From a virus (taxonomy: Duplodnaviria; Caudoviricetes), in IMG/VR virus record IMGVR_UViG_3300049823_000342, positions 3,360 through 67,359 of that record: a stretch of DNA of 64,000 nucleotides; one strand, written 5' to 3'. Below are positions 17,736-25,624 of this stretch, piece by piece (position 1 is the first letter of the stretch; each line of letters begins with the position of its first letter). Both the position numbers and the translations under genes were made by a program. The notes under the pieces are model-generated. The model did no database searches and was not told the DNA's origin. It was given only the letters and a program-made list of their open reading frames with translations.

Positions 17736-18455
17736 ATGCAGATCAAGAGCATGGCGATCCAGGACATGGACGATCGCGGCAAGGGGCTGGCGCTGCTCGC
17801 CCGGCTGCCCGAGGTCGACAGCGACGGCGACACCTATGAGCGCGGCGCCTTTGGCTGGAAGGACGGCGGCGACCAATGGGCGATGATGGTGCCGGCGCAT
17901 AATCGCCGCGCGACGCCGTTCGGCAAGGCCCGCATCTATGAAGAGAACGACAATGCCTATGCCGAGCTGTTCCTCAACCTGAAGACCACGGCGGGCAACG
18001 ACTGGCACCAGGCGCTGCTGTTCGACATGGCGACGGGCAAGCCGGTGCAGGAATGGTCGTTCGGCTATGAGGCCGAATATACCTATCGCGTCACCAGCGG
18101 CAGCCGTGTCCGCGTGCTGAGCAAGGTCGACGTCGACGAGGTGTCGCCGGTGCTGCGCGGCGCGGGCAACCGGACCGGGACGATTTCGATCAAGGGCGCC
18201 AAGCTGCGCGAGGAGAAGTTCGCGGGGCTGATCACCGACCTGGGCGAACTGGCGGGCGCGATCGATGCCGATCCGGCCAGCGTGTCGGCATCGGGGCTGA
18301 AGCAGCTCCGCGAGATCAACGAGGCGATCGGGCGTGTGCTGGCCGGCGACGACGGCACGGCCGACCCGGCGAAGGCGGCGGCGACGGTCGATACGGACAC
18401 CGCCTTGACCCACGCGCTGCTGCACCAGCAGAACCTGCGCCGGTTCGGTATCTGA
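17736..18455 (+). CDS. HK97-type prohead protease
   Basis: DSDGDTYERGAF...HN...EWSFGY...DEVSPV..GA motif. Confidence 0.85.
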   Translation: MQIKSMAIQDMDDRGKGLALLARLPEVDSDGDTYERGAFGWKDGGDQWAMMVPAHNRRATPFGKARIYEENDNAYAELFLNLKTTAGNDWHQALLFDMATGKPVQEWSFGYEAEYTYRVTSGSRVRVLSKVDVDEVSPVLRGAGNRTGTISIKGAKLREEKFAGLITDLGELAGAIDADPASVSASGLKQLREINEAIGRVLAGDDGTADPAKAAATVDTDTALTHALLHQQNLRRFGI

Positions 18456-18669
18456 TCGGCGCGCAGGACGCCCAGGGCGTGCCAAGTGGGCCACCTGCCC
18501 GCCTAGTGACCCAGTCTGCGCTCTATGCGCCTTCTTAGCGCTTCTTAGAGGCCAATCGACCGGCCCGTCTCCCCCTCCCTTGCGAGGCGGCGGCGGGCCG
18601 GTTGTCATTTGGGGTCGGCTTCGTCTATGCGGGGAGCGTTCCCGACATCGTCACCCGACTGGCTGCGCA

Positions 18670-18689
18670 GGACATATGTCCGGGGCGCA
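18670..18689 (+). promoter_or_regulatory. Putative late-activator binding site 2 upstream of the major capsid gene
   Basis: Exact 20-bp match to 10986-11005. Confidence 0.7.
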
Positions 18690-18751
18690 TGGCCGCCCGC
18701 GCCGCTGCCACATGGGCCGGATTTCATTCCACCCATAGGGAGCAGCAGCTA

Positions 18752-20071
18752 ATGGCGATCAAGGATTTGACCCTGACGGAAGGGCGCGAAAAGGCCCAGA
18801 AGATTCAGGATGACCTGGGCAAGGTGTTTGCCGAGGCGAAGACCGACGACGGCCAGTATGATTATCGGAAGGTCACCTTCTTCGGCAACGAGGTGAAGGG
18901 GTCGATCCCCGTCGCCGAAAAGGTCAAGGCGATGAACGACGAACTGGACGAGGTGATGGTCCATGTCGAAACGCTCGAAGCCGCCGACAGTGCCGCCAAG
19001 GCGCACGCCGACCGCCAGAAGGGGCGCCGCAACTTTGTGCTGCCGGGCGAAGGGACCAAGGGCGACGGGCGGCGGCGGCTGATCAAGTCGCTCGGCGAGC
19101 TGGTGTCCGACGACAAAATCTATCTGGACTGGGCCGAAAAGGGCGCCAAGGGCCAGATCGATCTTTCCTACGACGACGTGTGGGGCACCGACCTGCTGGC
19201 GATGGCGACCAGCGGCAACACGATCGGCGGCAAGGCGCTGATGGCTACGAGCGCGGGCTATGCCCCCGAGGCCGTCCGCCTGCCCGGCTTCGTCGAGCAT
19301 ACGTCGCGGCCGCCCCAGTTGATCGACATCCTTCCGACCTCGCGCACCGGCCGCGCGCAGGTGACCTTCATGGAAGAGACGACGCGCAACCATGCAGCCG
19401 CCGAGATCGCCGAGGCGGGCGCCTACCCCGAATCGGAGTTCGTCTTCACCGAGAAGTCGCGCCCGGTCCGCAAGATCGGCGACAGCCTGCCCGTCACCGA
19501 CGAGCAGCTTGAGGACGTGCCGTTCATGGGCAGCTACATCAACGGCCGCCTGTCGTTCGGCTGCTATCAGCGACTCGACAAGCAATCGCTGATCGGTGAC
19601 GGCCTCGGCTCGAACATCCTCGGCCTCGCGAACACGCCCGGCATCCAGGTGCGTCCGCGCGGCGGCGATCCGGTGCCCGACGTCTTCTATCGCATGATGA
19701 CGATGGTGCGGATGAACGGCGAGGCGGTGCCGACGCACCACGTCATGCACCCGCTCGACTGGGAAGACATCCGCCTGCTCCGCACCGCCGACGGCATTTA
19801 TGTCTTCGGCAGCCCGAGCGAGGCCGGCCCCGATCGCCTGTGGGGTCTTCCGGTGGTGCAGAACTCGGCCGACGATCGCGGCACGGGCTATACCGGCTCG
19901 TTCCAACAGGCGTGGATCAGCCTCGTCGAGCGGCGCGGCGTCGATGTCCAGATCGGCTACGTCAACGACCAGTTCAAGAAGGGCCAGCGCACCGTGCGGG
20001 CCGATGTGCGCGCGACGCTCGTCGTCTTCCGCCCGCCTGCCTTCGCCCAGGGGACCGGCCTCGCCGACTGA
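18752..20071 (+). CDS. HK97-fold major capsid protein
   Basis: RBS AGGGAG; N-terminal helical delta domain; LIGDG.G.NI.GL, RLWGLPVV, DQF.K.QRTVRA..R. Confidence 0.92.
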   Translation: MAIKDLTLTEGREKAQKIQDDLGKVFAEAKTDDGQYDYRKVTFFGNEVKGSIPVAEKVKAMNDELDEVMVHVETLEAADSAAKAHADRQKGRRNFVLPGEGTKGDGRRRLIKSLGELVSDDKIYLDWAEKGAKGQIDLSYDDVWGTDLLAMATSGNTIGGKALMATSAGYAPEAVRLPGFVEHTSRPPQLIDILPTSRTGRAQVTFMEETTRNHAAAEIAEAGAYPESEFVFTEKSRPVRKIGDSLPVTDEQLEDVPFMGSYINGRLSFGCYQRLDKQSLIGDGLGSNILGLANTPGIQVRPRGGDPVPDVFYRMMTMVRMNGEAVPTHHVMHPLDWEDIRLLRTADGIYVFGSPSEAGPDRLWGLPVVQNSADDRGTGYTGSFQQAWISLVERRGVDVQIGYVNDQFKKGQRTVRADVRATLVVFRPPAFAQGTGLAD

Positions 20072-20082
20072 TCCCATACCCT

Positions 20083-20172
20083 GCCGGGCGGTTTGAGCTG
20101 GTCCCTGGGCCGCTCGGCATGGCCCCGGTCGGGCGCGCCCTCTCTCTCCCGGTGCGCCCGGCCGGATTTTCT
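20083..20172 (+). terminator. Two GC hairpins downstream of the capsid gene, the second followed by ATTTTCT
   Basis: GCCGGGCGG/CCGCTCGGC and CCGGTCGGGCGC/GCGCCCGGCCGG. Confidence 0.5.
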
Positions 20173-20187
20173 CAAAGGAGACGATAG

Positions 20188-20733
20188 ATGAAGATGCCTG
20201 GTTCGCAGCCGCGCGTGCGATCGTGCCTGCTGGGCGCGCCCGCGCTCGGCGCCGATGCCGCCATCCTTGCCGATACGGCGATGGACGATGCCGACCCAAC
20301 CGAGGTGACGGTGTTCGCCGGACAGCCGGCCGTGCCGCGCAACGTCACGGTGAAGGGCAATGATGCCAATGTCGCGGGCGATGTCCTGGTCGAGGGGCTG
20401 AGCGCCTTCAACGTGCCGATCACCGAAACGATCGCGCTCGCGGGCGCGGCCGTCGTCGTTGGCAACAAGGCGTTCCGGCAGGTCACGAAGGTGACGCTGC
20501 CGCCCTATGACACCGCCAATACCGAGCGTGTGCGCGTCGGTACCGGCGCGAAGCTGGGCCTGCCGGTGACGCTGTCGCGCGACACGATCATCGCCGCGTT
20601 CCGCGGCGGCGCGCGCGAGGCGAACCGCCCGACCGTCACGGTCGACGCCGACGAGGTCGAGAAGAACACGGTGACGCTCAGCTCGGCGCTGAACGGCACG
20701 GCGGTGATCGTCGACCTTTACGAAACCGATTGA
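20188..20733 (+). CDS. Virion beta-rich protein (possible head decoration)
   Basis: RBS AAGGAG; directly after the MCP; V/T/A-rich. Confidence 0.6.
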   Translation: MKMPGSQPRVRSCLLGAPALGADAAILADTAMDDADPTEVTVFAGQPAVPRNVTVKGNDANVAGDVLVEGLSAFNVPITETIALAGAAVVVGNKAFRQVTKVTLPPYDTANTERVRVGTGAKLGLPVTLSRDTIIAAFRGGAREANRPTVTVDADEVEKNTVTLSSALNGTAVIVDLYETD

Positions 20734-20744
20734 GGAGAAAGCGA

Positions 20745-21350
20745 ATGACGATGATTGCCAGGGAACGGCTGCTGCTGACGGCCGACAAGTCCCGCCTCGT
20801 CCGCGACGGCGATCCCGAGGGGAAGACCCTCTATTGCACGCCCGGCACCGAAATTCCCGACAGCGCGGTCAAGCTGTTCGGGCTGGTCGACGGCCATCTG
20901 GGCAAAGCCGCTCCCGATCCGGCGTCCGGGACGAAGGAAGCGAAGCCGCGGCCGGACAAGGAAAAACAGCCGGGCGGCGACAAGGAGAAGGCGCCGGGTG
21001 ACGACAAGGGCGCGGGCAGCGGCACGAAAGGTGCCGCCGCGTCGGCCGGCGACGACCTGACGCAGATCAAGTTCGTGGGGACGAAGGTCGCCGCGGGCTT
21101 TGTCGCGGCCGGACTGACCAGCTTCGCGCAGATCGCGGCGATCGACGCGGCGCAGCCGCCCGAGGTCGCGGGGACGAACGCGACCACCAAGTGGGAGCAG
21201 ATCGTCGAATCGGCGAAGGCGCTTGTCGCGGCGGCGGGTGACGACGGCGATACCGACAAGGGCGACGATAAGGACGACGACGAGAAGGGCGACGGCGGCG
21301 CGGGGGATAGCGGCGCCGATGCCGGCACCACGGGTCAGAAGGACGGCTGA
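20745..21350 (+). CDS. Low-complexity protein with a helix-hairpin-helix (DUF4332-like) segment
   Basis: DDLTQIKFVGTKVAAGFVAAGLTSFAQIAA resembles the DDL..I.GIG...A..L...GI.TF.QIA HhH pattern. Confidence 0.6.
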   Translation: MTMIARERLLLTADKSRLVRDGDPEGKTLYCTPGTEIPDSAVKLFGLVDGHLGKAAPDPASGTKEAKPRPDKEKQPGGDKEKAPGDDKGAGSGTKGAAASAGDDLTQIKFVGTKVAAGFVAAGLTSFAQIAAIDAAQPPEVAGTNATTKWEQIVESAKALVAAAGDDGDTDKGDDKDDDEKGDGGAGDSGADAGTTGQKDG

Positions 21351-21353
21351 TCC

Positions 21354-21932
21354 ATGGCGCTGCTCGACCGGGTCAAGGAACGCACGGGCACGGACCTGTC
21401 CGATGGCGAGGTGCAGGATGTGATCGACGCGATCGCGTCCGAGCTGCTCGCGCGCCTTGGCCCGGTCGGGCCGATCACGAAGGAGCTGGGCGACCTTGCC
21501 GACCCGCATAGTCGCGGTCTTCATTCGCTGCGCGTCACGCCGCCGATCGACATGGCGGCGGGCGGCGCGGACGTGACGATCGTCGAGCTTGATCCGGGCA
21601 ACAGCGGCGATCCCGCCGCCGAGGTCAACCTGATGGCGGGCGATTATCGCATCCTCCACGACGGGCGGACGATCCAGCGGCTGACCAGCGGGCCGAACGG
21701 GCGCACCTATTGGGCGCCGATGGTCCGCATCACCTACACGCCCGCGGGCGCCGGGCAGCCGGCGCGCGACGAGGCGCTGATCAAGATCGCGATGATCGAC
21801 CTGTCCTATCGCGGCGGGATGAAGAGCGAACGCGCGGGCGATTATTCGATCACGCTGAGCGGCGACCCGGTCGCCGATCGCGAAGCCATCATCGACGGGC
21901 TGATCCCCAAGGGCGGGTTTCTGCTGGCATGA
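21354..21932 (+). CDS. Putative head-tail connector
   Basis: Position; KSERAGDYSITL C-terminal motif. Confidence 0.7.
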   Translation: MALLDRVKERTGTDLSDGEVQDVIDAIASELLARLGPVGPITKELGDLADPHSRGLHSLRVTPPIDMAAGGADVTIVELDPGNSGDPAAEVNLMAGDYRILHDGRTIQRLTSGPNGRTYWAPMVRITYTPAGAGQPARDEALIKIAMIDLSYRGGMKSERAGDYSITLSGDPVADREAIIDGLIPKGGFLLA

Positions 21933-22126
21933 CGAAAGAAGCGATCATGGACGAAGTTACTTTGAAGGTCGGCGATGCGATCGGCGCGGTGAAGACGTTG
22001 CTCGACACGATGGCGGCGGACCCGTCCGTCGACAAGCGCAGTCTGGCCGTCGCCCGCACCCAGTTCGAAACCGCCTTTCTGTGGGCTGCCAATGCCGTTG
22101 GCGGCGAACCGATCTTCGGGAGCTGA
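21929..22126 (+). CDS. Small helical hairpin protein, Acb2/Tad1-hairpin-like
   Basis: DKRSLAVARTQFETAFLWAANAV resembles the Acb2 C-terminal helix (R.LA.A.T..ET...W/A...A). Confidence 0.5.
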   Translation: MTKEAIMDEVTLKVGDAIGAVKTLLDTMAADPSVDKRSLAVARTQFETAFLWAANAVGGEPIFGS

Positions 22127-22130
22127 TGCG

Positions 22131-22421
22131 ATGAAGTGGCGCGCGCCCTCCGAACGGACCCAATTCTGGCTGGCGGCACCGATTGTCGTTCCGGTCGCGG
22201 TGGTGCTCGCCGTTTGGCTTTCGCCGCTTGCCCTGGTCTTCTGGCTCGACGGCAAGCGGCTTGCGCGGCAGCGCGCGAAAGGCTGGCACGTCTGGTTCGC
22301 GTGGCGCCCGGTCAAGACGGGGCCGTGGTGGCAGCGCGGCGGGTGGGTCTGGCTGGAGATGATCGAGCGCACGCTCGATCGGGACGGCTATGAATATCGC
22401 CTGCCGGGAGCCGAAGCATGA
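22131..22421 (+). CDS. Membrane protein with WxxWFAWRPV motif
   Basis: TM segment followed by GWHVWFAWRPVK...WVWLE. Confidence 0.65.
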   Translation: MKWRAPSERTQFWLAAPIVVPVAVVLAVWLSPLALVFWLDGKRLARQRAKGWHVWFAWRPVKTGPWWQRGGWVWLEMIERTLDRDGYEYRLPGAEA

Positions 22422-22549
22422 GCATCCTCGGCGACGATCCTTTCGACGCGCTGATCGAATGCGCCAATTGCGGCGGCGATTTCCTGCCCGAGGACATGGA
22501 CGGCGAGCATTGCCGCGAATGCGCCGAAGAGCTGTTCGGCGATGGCTAA
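22418..22549 (+). CDS. 43-aa acidic zinc-finger peptide
   Basis: MSILGDDPFDALIECANCGGDFLPEDMDGEHCRECAEELFGDG; overlaps both neighbours. Confidence 0.6.
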   Translation: MSILGDDPFDALIECANCGGDFLPEDMDGEHCRECAEELFGDG

Positions 22550-22790
22550 AGTCACCCCCGAGTTGATCGACCGTGTCGCGGCCGCGATTGCCGAGGCGGA
22601 CGCCCGCGTCGGCTATCGCTGCACGTTGACCCGGCTTGTCGATGGCGAGGCGACTTACACCCTGATCATGGGCGGTGGTGCCAAGCCGCTTGAATTTCCC
22701 GGTCACGATGAAGCGATGGACCATGTCGACGCTTGCCGGGCTCGGGCTCGGGCGGAAGCGGTGATCGCAGCGATCGGAGCGGCGGCATGA
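22542..22790 (+). CDS. Hypothetical protein
   Basis: Coupled ORF, ATGA overlap downstream. Confidence 0.6.
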   Translation: MAKVTPELIDRVAAAIAEADARVGYRCTLTRLVDGEATYTLIMGGGAKPLEFPGHDEAMDHVDACRARARAEAVIAAIGAAA

Positions 22791-23140
22791 TCGCGCGGCG
22801 CTTCACCATGGTCGCGCAGGTCGAGCGCAATGTCGCGACCGGGAAGGATGGCTATGGTCATCCGGCCGCGCCCGACTGGCAGCCGCATGGCGAGCTGCGG
22901 TGCTTCGCCTGGGCGCCGAAGGCCGGGGTCGATGCGATCGTCGAAGGGCAGAAGGTCGCGCTGAAGCAAGACGTGCGAATGATGTTCGGGCTGTCGGGCG
23001 ACCTGCAGCCCGGCGACCGTATCGTGTCGATCACGAACCGGGACGGCGACAATATCTATTTTCGTGGCCCGCTGCGCATCGAGGGCGAGATCGATTTCAA
23101 GCACACGCACCGCGAAGTCGCGCTGGTGAGGGTCGCCTGA
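22787..23140 (+). CDS. Putative head closure (stopper) protein
   Basis: KDGYGHP...W...DLQPGDRI pattern. Confidence 0.7.
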   Translation: MIARRFTMVAQVERNVATGKDGYGHPAAPDWQPHGELRCFAWAPKAGVDAIVEGQKVALKQDVRMMFGLSGDLQPGDRIVSITNRDGDNIYFRGPLRIEGEIDFKHTHREVALVRVA

Positions 23141-23580
23141 TGGTCAGCAAGTCCCTCAGATGGAACGGCGACGCGGTCAAGAAGAGCTGGAAGGACGCGC
23201 AGATCGCGGGGGTCAACGCGACGATGGGCGCGTCGGTCAAACACGCCAAGCGCAACCACCCCTGGCAGAACCGCACCGGCCTGCTCGAAGGGGCGATCAA
23301 CATCACCGATCCGGCGAAGCCGATCGCGACGGGGGTCGAGGGCGTGTGGGGTGTCAACGACGCCGTCCAGGCGCGCATGTTGGAGGTCGGCGGGATCATC
23401 CGGGCGAAGAATGCCGAGGCGCTGGGGATCCCCATTGCCGGTGGCGGCGTCGTGTTCCGCAAATGGGTCGAAATCCCGGCCTATCCCTATCTGCGCCCCG
23501 CGGCGGATGCGACCTATCCGACGCTCGGCCAGCGCATCCGCAAGGCGCATGACCGGATCGAGGGAGCGGGCGATGCTTGA
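23140..23580 (+). CDS. HK97 gp10-like tail completion protein
   Basis: RTGLLEGAI...ARMLEVGG...PAYPYLRPA. Confidence 0.75.
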   Translation: MVSKSLRWNGDAVKKSWKDAQIAGVNATMGASVKHAKRNHPWQNRTGLLEGAINITDPAKPIATGVEGVWGVNDAVQARMLEVGGIIRAKNAEALGIPIAGGGVVFRKWVEIPAYPYLRPAADATYPTLGQRIRKAHDRIEGAGDA

Positions 23581-24013
23581 GCCGCTGCTGATCGAGGCCA
23601 ACCACATCCGCGCGGTGCGAACGTGGCTGCTCGCCGACGAGCCGATCGCCGAGCTGGTCGACGGCGACGTGTTCGGCAATGCGCTGGCGGGCGACATATT
23701 GGACCGCGGGCCGAAGCGGGCGCTGGTGGTCAAGAAGGCGGGCGGCACGTCGATGACGGGCGGCAGCTATGCCGAGTTCGACACCAAGGTGTTCGACCTG
23801 GTCGCCTATGGCGCGACGGCCGAGGAAGCCGACGCGCTGATCCTGGTGGCGTCGCCGCGGCTCTATTCGATCGACCGCGCGCTGGTCGGCGACACGCTGA
23901 TCCACTGGATCAACCGGGCGGGCGGCGAAGGCGGCGCGCGCGACAGCAGCACGCAATGGCCGCAGGCGTTCCGGTCGTTTCAAATTCTCTATTCGCTGCG
24001 GCCGGTCGCGTGA
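23573..24013 (+). CDS. Putative tail terminator
   Basis: Position and size before the major tail protein. Confidence 0.6.
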   Translation: MLEPLLIEANHIRAVRTWLLADEPIAELVDGDVFGNALAGDILDRGPKRALVVKKAGGTSMTGGSYAEFDTKVFDLVAYGATAEEADALILVASPRLYSIDRALVGDTLIHWINRAGGEGGARDSSTQWPQAFRSFQILYSLRPVA

Positions 24014-24051
24014 CCGGCCGCTGTCGCCCTATTTTGAAAAGGAGTTGAACC

Positions 24052-24660
24052 ATGGAACCTTATGAGATCGTGAGCGGTCCGCTGACCCTGTATCTGGCGC
24101 CGGTCGGCACCGCCTTTCCGAAGATCGACGAAGCGCCGGCCGCCGACTGGAAGATCGTCGGCCTGTCGGGCAAGAAGAGCTATTCGGATGACGGCGTCAG
24201 CGTCGCGCACAGCCAGTCGATCAACAAGATTCGCGGCGCGGGATCGGTCGGCGGGCGCAAGGCGCTGCGCACCGAAGAGGATATGGGGATCACGGTCACC
24301 CTGTGGGACAATACGCTGGAGATGTATGCGCTCGCGCTGAGCGGCGAGGAACCGGCGACGACGGCCGCGGGGGTCGGCACCGCAGGCTTCAAGACGATCG
24401 GCCTGTCGCGCGGCGAAGAGGTCAAGCAGTTCGCGCTGCTGGCGCGCGGCAAGTCCGCCTATGACGAGGCGATGGCCGCGCAATATGAGGTGCCGCGCTG
24501 CTATCAGGCGGCGAGCCCGACCGTGCTCTACAACAAGGGCGTCCCCGCGGGGATCGAACTGAACTTCGACGCGCTGGAGGATTTGGAAGCCGAGAGCGAG
24601 TATGAGCAGTTCGGGCGGCTGGTCATGCAGCACGCCGCGGCGCTGCCGGGCGGCGGCTGA
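24052..24660 (+). CDS. Major tail (tube) protein
   Basis: RBS AAGGAG; LYLAPVGT.FP...W..VG..S.DGV pattern. Confidence 0.75.
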   Translation: MEPYEIVSGPLTLYLAPVGTAFPKIDEAPAADWKIVGLSGKKSYSDDGVSVAHSQSINKIRGAGSVGGRKALRTEEDMGITVTLWDNTLEMYALALSGEEPATTAAGVGTAGFKTIGLSRGEEVKQFALLARGKSAYDEAMAAQYEVPRCYQAASPTVLYNKGVPAGIELNFDALEDLEAESEYEQFGRLVMQHAAALPGGG

Positions 24661-24670
24661 GGCGGCGGCG

Positions 24671-24880
24671 ATGACCGCCGACGACAAGGCGCTGCTCGGC
24701 CGTGCCGAGCGCGCCCAGGCCGAGCTGCGCCGGCACAAGAGCGCGATCCGCCAGCATCGTATCGGGGCGCAGGCGGCGGCGGCGGCGCTTGACGCCATCC
24801 TGGCCGAATGCACGCGGCGCGGCATTGCGGCGGCACCGGACAGGCGTCCGGGGCGCAGCGCTGGGACAGGCCGGGCATAG
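24671..24880 (+). CDS. Hypothetical protein
   Basis: Short ORF between the tube and chaperone genes. Confidence 0.5.
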   Translation: MTADDKALLGRAERAQAELRRHKSAIRQHRIGAQAAAAALDAILAECTRRGIAAAPDRRPGRSAGTGRA

Positions 24881-24923
24881 CCCGGCCGACACCCCTTCCA
24901 TCCATCGGGCGCAGGAGATTTCC

Positions 24924-25385
24924 ATGGCCGACGAGCCCTTGCTCGACCTCAATACCCTGATCCGGCGTCCGTCGATCGACGTCGACGGGACACGCTACGA
25001 GCTGTTCAGCGTCGACGAATTGTCGGTGCTGGCTTCGCACCGCTTCAGCGTGTGGGCGCGGCGGATCGAGCAGATCGATGCCGGGACGGCCGAGGAGGAT
25101 GGCGCGGAGCTGGGGACGCTGATCGACAAGGCAGCGCAGGCCGCGCTGGTCGATATGCCGGCGTCGGTGTTCGAGGCGCTGACCGGCGTCCACAAGCGCG
25201 AGATCGTCGATGTTTTTACCGCGCTCCTGCTGGGCAAGAAGCTCGCGGCGGTGGGAGTGGTGCGGCGAGCGATGGGCGTCCCGTCGATTGGGGAGACGTC
25301 CTCCCCCGGCTCCAGCGATATTATGGCGGATCGCCGCGATGGTGGCTGGCTGAAGCGCCTGCTCCGCTGGTGCGGGCTTATCTGA
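24924..25385 (+). CDS. Tail assembly chaperone (G-like)
   Basis: RBS AGGAG; overlapped by a long -1 frame ORF ending at 25624. Confidence 0.7.
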   Translation: MADEPLLDLNTLIRRPSIDVDGTRYELFSVDELSVLASHRFSVWARRIEQIDAGTAEEDGAELGTLIDKAAQAALVDMPASVFEALTGVHKREIVDVFTALLLGKKLAAVGVVRRAMGVPSIGETSSPGSSDIMADRRDGGWLKRLLRWCGLI

Positions 25386-25624
25386 AAATGATGCCGCGGC
25401 TGAAGGCCGAGGAGCAGCTCGCGTCGATCGACGCGACGGCGCTGGCGATGGGCCATTATGACAAGGGCACCACGCGGCAGAAGCTGCGCGCGCTGCGCGA
25501 CGCCGTGATCGGCGATCGGCGTCAGCGTCCCCGGCTGAAGGCGACCCCGGCGCAGCTCGGCGTGATGGGCATCGGCGTGAGAATGCTCCCGGCGCCTGAA
25601 GAGAAGCCTCTGAGCGATGTCTGA
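25286..25624 (+). CDS. Tail assembly chaperone T-part, probably reached by -1 frameshift
   Basis: DWGDVLPRLQRYYGGSP.WW... lies in the -1 frame and abuts the tape measure start. Confidence 0.55.
   Translation, partial: DWGDVLPRLQRYYGGSPRWWLAEAPAPLVRAYLKMMPRLKAEEQLASIDATALAMGHYDKGTTRQKLRALRDAVIGDRRQRPRLKATPAQLGVMGIGVRMLPAPEEKPLSDV

Noticed and set aside
15425-17833. 802-aa minus-strand ORF (and similar long antisense or alternate-frame ORFs such as 25629-27527, 43385-45016, 48742-50262)
   Set aside because: They overlap well-supported plus-strand phage genes and show the composition of GC-rich shadow ORFs.
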